A DNA stretch of 64,000 bases, taken from the sequence record LR745206.1. The stretch is one strand, 5' to 3'. A program made the translations under genes and the position numbers. The notes under the pieces are model-generated. The model saw nothing but the letters and a program-made list of their open reading frames with translations. It was not told the origin of the DNA and did no database searches. Shown here one piece after another: positions 58,520 through 64,000 of this stretch; position 1 is the stretch's first letter; the number at the start of each line of letters is the position of its first letter.

Positions 58520-58828
58520 TTATGTTAAATCTTCTTTATCTAAATATAAATGTTCACTAATAAGTATAGGTGTTTCATTTGGATCTTGTGTACCTTTACC
58601 ATATAATACTTGGTCCGCATCAATAGCGATAACCCAAGCTTCAGCACGTGTGTGGAAGTCTCCCCAATTATCTATAAAACCACATACAATATCTTCCCGT
58701 TTTATTGACTTATATAATTCCGGAGATAGGAATCTTTCTAATGTTGAGAATGCGTCACCATGTCTCCTACCAGCAATAACATTATCTTTATATTTAACAG
58801 CCGAACATATTATATAAGTCTTATTCAT
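58520..58828 (-). CDS. Hypothetical phage protein
   Basis: GRRH...GFIDNWGDFHTRAEAW. Confidence 0.75.
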   Translation of the reverse strand: MNKTYIICSAVKYKDNVIAGRRHGDAFSTLERFLSPELYKSIKREDIVCGFIDNWGDFHTRAEAWVIAIDADQVLYGKGTQDPNETPILISEHLYLDKEDLT

Positions 58829-58832
58829 TTTA

Positions 58833-58864
58833 TAAAGTTAAGGATAAATTAAGTATAATACAAA
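58833..58864 (-). promoter_or_regulatory. Bacteroidota sigma70-type promoter
   Basis: TTTG-N20-TAACTTTA. Confidence 0.7.
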
Positions 58865-58992
58865 TAAATATTATAGTAAAGCTATTACACCAGTTAGTAT
58901 TATAAACATAACACCAACCACAATAAATTTCTCAATTATGGAGGCTGATTTTGATTTAAACATTTTATCAAAAATATAGTTAACCGCTTTTA

Positions 58993-59409
58993 TCATATAG
59001 ATTCTAATCTTTTGATTATTGATTTATATTCTTTTAAGTTCTTCATATCACTAATAAACTTCTCTAGTTCATTAGCATCAGAAAGATAATGTTTCTTTTG
59101 TCCATTTAATCCTTTTACTATTACTTCAACCACACTACTATTTTTTGTTGGTAATGTTATCTTTAGAAATAGATAGGTATAATTATCTATATTAGTTGGG
59201 TTAATAAAAACATAATATCCTGGAATTTCATCTTCTTGAGTATATTCGTATTCATCACCATAATCAGGCATTGTTGTGTATTTAGATGATTCGATATGTA
59301 TTTTACCATCATTGAACTTATCACCAAAATCCATAACCGATTCTATACCAGTTCTATTACCTAATAACTCCTTAAAGCTTTGTTCAAATAATTCTTCTAT
59401 TTTATTCAT
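58993..59409 (-). CDS. Hypothetical protein
   Basis: 138-aa ORF. Confidence 0.7.
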   Translation of the reverse strand: MNKIEELFEQSFKELLGNRTGIESVMDFGDKFNDGKIHIESSKYTTMPDYGDEYEYTQEDEIPGYYVFINPTNIDNYTYLFLKITLPTKNSSVVEVIVKGLNGQKKHYLSDANELEKFISDMKNLKEYKSIIKRLESI

Positions 59410-59636
59410 AATAATAATTTATTCAGTTTAATATTTCTATAATATTTTGTATCTATTTCGAAAAAGACTTCTGATATCAATACTTCATATATCATATGAA
59501 AATTTTTATCTGTGGTGCTAATTGGTTTTATAGGTAACACCTTAACAGTATCATCATACTTATCAACAACTTCATATTCTAATCCTTTATAAACAGAACC
59601 AACTCCAATTATTCTATCACCTATATCAAATACCAT
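59406..59636 (-). CDS. Hypothetical, C-terminal tag class
   Basis: Ends RNIKLNKLLL. Confidence 0.7.
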   Translation of the reverse strand: MVFDIGDRIIGVGSVYKGLEYEVVDKYDDTVKVLPIKPISTTDKNFHMIYEVLISEVFFEIDTKYYRNIKLNKLLL

Positions 59637-59895
59637 TATCTAATATATTGTTAATTTTTTCATCTCTATCTAATCTAATAGCATCCAATAATTCTTTTAT
59701 TCTATATTCTGCTTCTTCTAATGTAATAAATCTCTCTATATCATCAAATAATCCACCTTCTGTGCAATAGATTTCAAACATATTATTTGTAGAAAATGAT
59801 GGATATATCAGTGATATTTCACCAATTTCATTCGAATATCGATGAGAATCACTCACAATACCCTCAATTCCGCTCTTAATAACGTTTTTTATCAT
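59626..59895 (-). CDS. Hypothetical, C-terminal tag class
   Basis: Ends RDEKINNILDNGI. Confidence 0.7.
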   Translation of the reverse strand: MIKNVIKSGIEGIVSDSHRYSNEIGEISLIYPSFSTNNMFEIYCTEGGLFDDIERFITLEEAEYRIKELLDAIRLDRDEKINNILDNGI

Positions 59896-60217
59896 TAATT
59901 CTATTAATTTTAATCTCTCTTATGGCTGCTTTGAATACCTCTCTATAAACAGGATCAAATACTGATAATTCAATTGTTACTTTATCTCCAACTTCACCTA
60001 TACCTTTACCGATATTATATTCTTCAACATCATCAATTGGTACGGCTACAATTCTAACACCATGAAATATAATATCATTATCAGTGAATTCTATTTTATT
60101 GATGTAACTATCCATAGCCATCTTATCAACTACACCAACACCCTCATTATATTTATAAAGGTGGTTGATTATAATATCATTATCTTCTTTAGATAGTATC
60201 ATTGTTTTTAAAATCAA
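59876..60217 (-). CDS. Hypothetical, C-terminal tag class
   Basis: Ends REIKINRINDKKRY; start uncertain. Confidence 0.65.
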   Translation of the reverse strand: MILKTMILSKEDNDIIINHLYKYNEGVGVVDKMAMDSYINKIEFTDNDIIFHGVRIVAVPIDDVEEYNIGKGIGEVGDKVTIELSVFDPVYREVFKAAIREIKINRINDKKRY

Positions 60218-60410
60218 ACCATAGATGATATGGTGGTTTTAATAAATCTTTTTCATCTAATTTAGAAATGAATGCCAATACATGCCATAAATCATTACCT
60301 AAATCTATACTTTTTAGTAGTGTTGGTTTGTGTATCACATGGAAAGTTTCTTGACCCTTTACTTCAAAGTTTGGAAACAATGTGTGTATTTTATCCTTTG
60401 TCGTACTCAT
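60189..60410 (-). CDS. Hypothetical protein
   Basis: ORF in operon. Confidence 0.65.
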   Translation of the reverse strand: MSTTKDKIHTLFPNFEVKGQETFHVIHKPTLLKSIDLGNDLWHVLAFISKLDEKDLLKPPYHLWFDFKNNDTI

Positions 60411-60730
60411 TCTATTATTTCATTTATTTTAATATTTCTTAATTCTGATCTAACAAATAAATGTAGATATACAATCAAGTTATCTATTGTTGTGAAATCC
60501 TTTTTAATATCATCTTCACCATTTTGGTAAATAAACAATGATACATCATCCGAGTTTGAATATTGTTTCTTGATTAGATATCCATAAGGAGCATCTGTGT
60601 GATGATATGAACCAGCAGCATATTCACTAGCGTATAATCCGGATTCTCTTTCACCAAACACCTTAACCACAAAGTCAGCATCTAAGAAATTCTTTAAGGT
60701 AATATGATTTGTTATATTATTCTTGCTCAT
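60407..60730 (-). CDS. Hypothetical, C-terminal tag class
   Basis: Ends RNIKINEIIE. Confidence 0.7.
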   Translation of the reverse strand: MSKNNITNHITLKNFLDADFVVKVFGERESGLYASEYAAGSYHHTDAPYGYLIKKQYSNSDDVSLFIYQNGEDDIKKDFTTIDNLIVYLHLFVRSELRNIKINEIIE

Positions 60731-60999
60731 CTTAATCCCTTTAAAATATTATCTGTTCTAGTTTCACCAACCTCATTTAATAATTTCATTTCTATTTTAC
60801 ACAATACTCCCCCTCGATTTTTTAAATCATTCTTCCAAGTATTAGTTATACTAAGATATCCTATTAGAACTTTAATATCAATGATTTCGATATTTAAATT
60901 ATATAAAATATTATCTACTGTATTATAATCACCATTTAATAAGTACCCATCTAATACTTGGAATACTTCCTTAATTTCTTGTCGAGTCGTTTTCTTCAT
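60727..60999 (-). CDS. Hypothetical protein
   Basis: ORF in operon. Confidence 0.7.
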   Translation of the reverse strand: MKKTTRQEIKEVFQVLDGYLLNGDYNTVDNILYNLNIEIIDIKVLIGYLSITNTWKNDLKNRGGVLCKIEMKLLNEVGETRTDNILKGLR

Positions 61000-61299
61000 T
61001 TATTGAAACACAATCTTAGTTATTGTTTTAGGGAATACCTCAGTAGCTGAATTAGGAAAATCTCTATCAAAATTATAATCCATATCCCAATCAGTATAAT
61101 AAAATTTGAAATATTTACCATCTGATTCACGTTTGAATACTACTTCATGATCCGCACCTCCATCTTCTGGATCAGAACCAGTGATTATATTTTCGGTTAA
61201 TGAATATTCAATATCATCATGTGTTATTTTTTTACTACCCCATGTTCCGGCAATATCAGATAATATTTCTTGTGTTAATGTTATTTTTTCTCTTTCCAT
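61000..61299 (-). CDS. Hypothetical; paralog of 40020..40310
   Basis: VFKRESDGKYFKF...DFPNSATEVFP. Confidence 0.75.
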   Translation of the reverse strand: MEREKITLTQEILSDIAGTWGSKKITHDDIEYSLTENIITGSDPEDGGADHEVVFKRESDGKYFKFYYTDWDMDYNFDRDFPNSATEVFPKTITKIVFQ

Positions 61300-61312
61300 A
61301 ATTTATTGTTTA

Positions 61313-61819
61313 TTAATGATTTAATCCTATTTTAAAATATTCCAACATCATATTCACTCTATCAATGTCTAATGCTTCAAGTTTACCAAAGTCATCCTTA
61401 GGCATCTCACGACCCCATGGCTCACCAGTAATCATAATACTCGTACATATAGTTTTAGTTGGTCTAACATAATGCCAACCATCCCTATGAGTCATTTCAT
61501 AATACATATCACCTTGAGATAAAATAGTTGAGAATATTTCTGGTTCTTTTAAACCTTCACCAAATCCCATACCCATTTCATATTCTCCTTCGATAACATG
61601 AATTGCGCTTGGCCAAGGATGTGGATGAAATAGAGGTTCTCCTTTATCACAAGGATGAACGAAGTGTAGATAAAGTCTATAACCATCTACTTCACACCAT
61701 AGTCTTTCAACATGTGGTGGGTGATAATTTATATTTAGTGATTTCCATATAGATGGATCACATAAAAGGTCATATAATTTAGACCTTTCTATTTCTTGTA
61801 ATTTTTCTATTAAGTTCAT
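61313..61819 (-). CDS. Cupin-like hypothetical protein
   Basis: HFVH...HPHPW...GEYE...GWHYV. Confidence 0.6.
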   Translation of the reverse strand: MNLIEKLQEIERSKLYDLLCDPSIWKSLNINYHPPHVERLWCEVDGYRLYLHFVHPCDKGEPLFHPHPWPSAIHVIEGEYEMGMGFGEGLKEPEIFSTILSQGDMYYEMTHRDGWHYVRPTKTICTSIMITGEPWGREMPKDDFGKLEALDIDRVNMMLEYFKIGLNH

Positions 61820-62184
61820 TTCAATATCTTTTTTAATTGTCTATCTCTATATTCTTGTTGTAGTGATGGGATATTATTACCAAATCTATTATAGATATCT
61901 GAGATAATACTCTCCAATTTACTATCATCAACATAATATTCTTCCAAATTTTTTCCGAAGTTTATTGTTAGTTTGGATATATAATTAAGGTATTCAATCT
62001 GGATTGACATATCCACTATCTCTTTTGAGTAGGATAAAATTCTTTTGTTGAAATCAGAGAAGGTATCTATCTTAATCTTTCGTTTTTTGTATAAACGAAC
62101 AGTTCTTATAAAATTTACTATTAATATAATGGGCATTACTACACTAGTAAAAATCAATAGTATTGAAATTAACAATATTTTCAT
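61816..62184 (-). CDS. Membrane-anchored protein, tag class
   Basis: N-terminal TM; ends RDRQLKKILK. Confidence 0.7.
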   Translation of the reverse strand: MKILLISILLIFTSVVMPIILIVNFIRTVRLYKKRKIKIDTFSDFNKRILSYSKEIVDMSIQIEYLNYISKLTINFGKNLEEYYVDDSKLESIISDIYNRFGNNIPSLQQEYRDRQLKKILK

Positions 62185-62360
62185 GCTTGTGGTGGTTTAG
62201 GTGATTCTTTAGCAATGTATATCCAGTGCGTAACACCAAAGAAGTCTATCAACCCTTTTGGTTTACTACCAACTGATAAGCATTTTATTGACTTACCATT
62301 CCATCCCCACACATAAGTATGTAGTTCTGGCATTTCATTCTCCACTTTAATCCATTCCAT
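62181..62360 (-). CDS. DUF551-like small protein
   Basis: Hand-translated MEWIKVENEMPE...VTHWIYI...P.PP. Confidence 0.75.
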   Translation of the reverse strand: MEWIKVENEMPELHTYVWGWNGKSIKCLSVGSKPKGLIDFFGVTHWIYIAKESPKPPQA

Positions 62361-62363
62361 ATT

Positions 62364-62555
62364 TTATAATACTTTAAGGTATATTTCCTGTAATGCAAAA
62401 TGAGTATAATCATATGACTCATTACTGATTGGTTCATCAGGTTCAATTATATAAGTACCACCAATTATTGGTTGTTCAGTTAATGCTTTACCAACAATTT
62501 TACCTTCACCTTTAAGGTCACCAATTTTAAATTCAACTCTTTGTCCTTGTTTCAT
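62364..62555 (-). CDS. Small SH3-like hypothetical protein
   Basis: GQRVEF..G...GKIVG. Confidence 0.65.
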   Translation of the reverse strand: MKQGQRVEFKIGDLKGEGKIVGKALTEQPIIGGTYIIEPDEPISNESYDYTHFALQEIYLKVL

Positions 62556-62863
62556 TATTTATCTTCGTTTTTTATATCCGTGATTCGATTTTGTTTACCC
62601 TTTATATGTTCTGAAATTAAAATAAAAACCAACATACCAAACCACCAATACCAACCATCTTCCGTAATGGCTTGTATGTATATAAATGATAGTGTTGATA
62701 AGTATAATGTTGATTTTGTTATAACCCAAAGTTTTTCTTTAGTGAAGAAGTTTATAGGCTTCATTTTTCTAAAATATCTTATCACATAATGTGAAATAAT
62801 AAATATAGAAACGATTGTTATTATAGCCGTAAGTATTTTGAGAAATTCTATAATATATTCCAT
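62555..62863 (-). CDS. Three-TM membrane protein
   Basis: Hydrophobic segments; TATCTTTA at 62868-62875. Confidence 0.7.
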   Translation of the reverse strand: MEYIIEFLKILTAIITIVSIFIISHYVIRYFRKMKPINFFTKEKLWVITKSTLYLSTLSFIYIQAITEDGWYWWFGMLVFILISEHIKGKQNRITDIKNEDK

Positions 62864-62890
62864 ATCGTAAAGATAAGAAGTATTTAATAA

Positions 62891-63478
62891 TTATCCTAAT
62901 GATATATCCGCAAAAATCATAAATGAATATTTAGTATTATCTATTGACGTTGTGTTAGTTAAATCATGTGTTGGTGATTTTAGGGGCTTATCATTAACTA
63001 CATCCCATAATCTAAAAGCACCTCCATACTCATTTGTTATTTTCTGCAATTCAATCCTATACCATCTTCTAGCATCTTTAAGAAACTTTTCAATATCTTC
63101 CATATTATCAGAAGATATATCACCATAGTTTTTATAATACTGAGGTCGTGACATGATATTGAAAAGGAATAAATTAATAGATATGTCACTACCTAGATGA
63201 TTAATCACCTTCTCCGAAACCGATAATATATTTTCGAAGAATTCATCCATTCTTTCCAACTCACACCATATATTATAGTCATAATAGACAAGTCCATTAT
63301 CCGAATCAAGGTTTTTATCAAATTTATAATTATCTTCTATATCAGACACACACATGTTCAATTCTGATTGATATTCTTCTTTAGTATTTTTTATTACTTG
63401 GTCATAATCTATTTTAGCATCAATAATTTTCTTCTTGATATCATCTTTAAACCCCTCAAATAGAACTAAATGTCTCAT
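62891..63478 (-). CDS. CTS-like leader protein
   Basis: MRHLVLFEGF; TAATATATA at 63484-63492. Confidence 0.75.
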   Translation of the reverse strand: MRHLVLFEGFKDDIKKKIIDAKIDYDQVIKNTKEEYQSELNMCVSDIEDNYKFDKNLDSDNGLVYYDYNIWCELERMDEFFENILSVSEKVINHLGSDISINLFLFNIMSRPQYYKNYGDISSDNMEDIEKFLKDARRWYRIELQKITNEYGGAFRLWDVVNDKPLKSPTHDLTNTTSIDNTKYSFMIFADISLG

Positions 63479-63541
63479 GTGTTTATATATTAATTTATAT
63501 TTTTAATATATACATTATAAAAAAATAAACACTACGATAAA

Positions 63542-64000
63542 ATGGCTAATAAAATCATACTTAAAGAAAACGGATTATCATCACAACCAAATGCACCAAC
63601 AGGATATAGATATCTAGGATATGATGGATCTACGATATCAGAAAAGACTGGTGCTACTGTTAGTGGTATTGGTGGAGGTAGTTCAGCTCTTGTTTATAGA
63701 GCTTTATTGACACAAACATCAACAAACGCTCCGGTACTGACTGTATTAGAGAATACAATAGGATCTATATCATCTGCTTATACAAGTGAAGGTCTTTATT
63801 CAATAACATCTTCTGGGTTATTCACTTCGGATAAAACAATGGTTTTTATTGGTGGTGTGAACGCAACCTCTTTTATCAAAGCATATTGGTCTACCGCATC
63901 TAGTATATCAATATCGACAAAGATTTTTGTTTTTGGGGATTTTAATAATTTAGATGGTGTTTTAGTAAAGACTCCAATAGAAATTATAGTTTATCCATAA
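63542..64000 (+). CDS. Putative virion protein, GY(K/R)YLG(F/Y) family (3 of 3)
   Basis: MANKIILKENG...GYRYLGYDG...VYRALLTQTSTNAP; TAATATATA at 63504-63512. Confidence 0.65.
   Translation: MANKIILKENGLSSQPNAPTGYRYLGYDGSTISEKTGATVSGIGGGSSALVYRALLTQTSTNAPVLTVLENTIGSISSAYTSEGLYSITSSGLFTSDKTMVFIGGVNATSFIKAYWSTASSISISTKIFVFGDFNNLDGVLVKTPIEIIVYP

Noticed and set aside
233-62789. Many opposite-strand ORFs in the track (e.g. 233..505, 1510..1845, 3290..3706, 14829..15200, 31196..31426, 42246..42572, 47311..47535)
   Set aside because: Shadows of better-supported genes on the other strand, with Ser/Ile/Phe-rich composition typical of antisense frames.
1-64000. Stop-codon recoding (TAG or TGA) as in some jumbo phages
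   Set aside because: Long genes are intact under code 11 and both TAG and TGA end genes at sensible positions; the single in-frame TGA at 37718-37720 is better read as a pseudogene lesion.
1-64000. tRNA, tmRNA or rRNA genes
   Set aside because: No convincing T-loop (GTTCRA) cloverleaf or tag-peptide frame found by eye; tRNAscan/Aragorn not run.

Overview
AT-rich, gene-dense segment of a very large (jumbo/mega) dsDNA phage genome. The host is most likely a Bacteroidota: there are repeated TTTG-N20-TAnnTTT(G/A) promoters and a T9SS type-B C-terminal-domain protein. Standard genetic code; no tRNA, rRNA or CRISPR array seen. Most genes fall into two classes. (A) About 25 proteins start with an MK(Y/H)(L/I)Kx(F/Y)..(F/N)E leader resembling the T4 capsid-targeting sequence, and their transcription units are often preceded by (T/A)AATATATA. 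(B) About 35 small proteins end in an R(D/E/N)xK(I/L)xx(L/I) tag and mostly lie in runs of small genes, several headed by host-type promoters. Recognisable genes: HU, a nucleotidyltransferase, a YqiA-like esterase, a 1205-aa T9SS cargo adhesin, a miniature PolB-like protein, an HD protein, a PheS-related ligase under an intact Phe-rich attenuator, an SPFH/flotillin, a GNA1-like GNAT and a HAD protein. The most striking feature is a ~5.6 kb foreign island (~16280-21905). It holds a structured small RNA, a wHTH/Rep-like gene and an integron-like array of gene cassettes. The cassettes are separated by TAAC...GTTA attC-like hairpins, each cassette's two ends are mutually complementary, and two cassettes carry orphan DNA methyltransferases. 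No integrase is present in the window. All calls are by eye; no searches were run.
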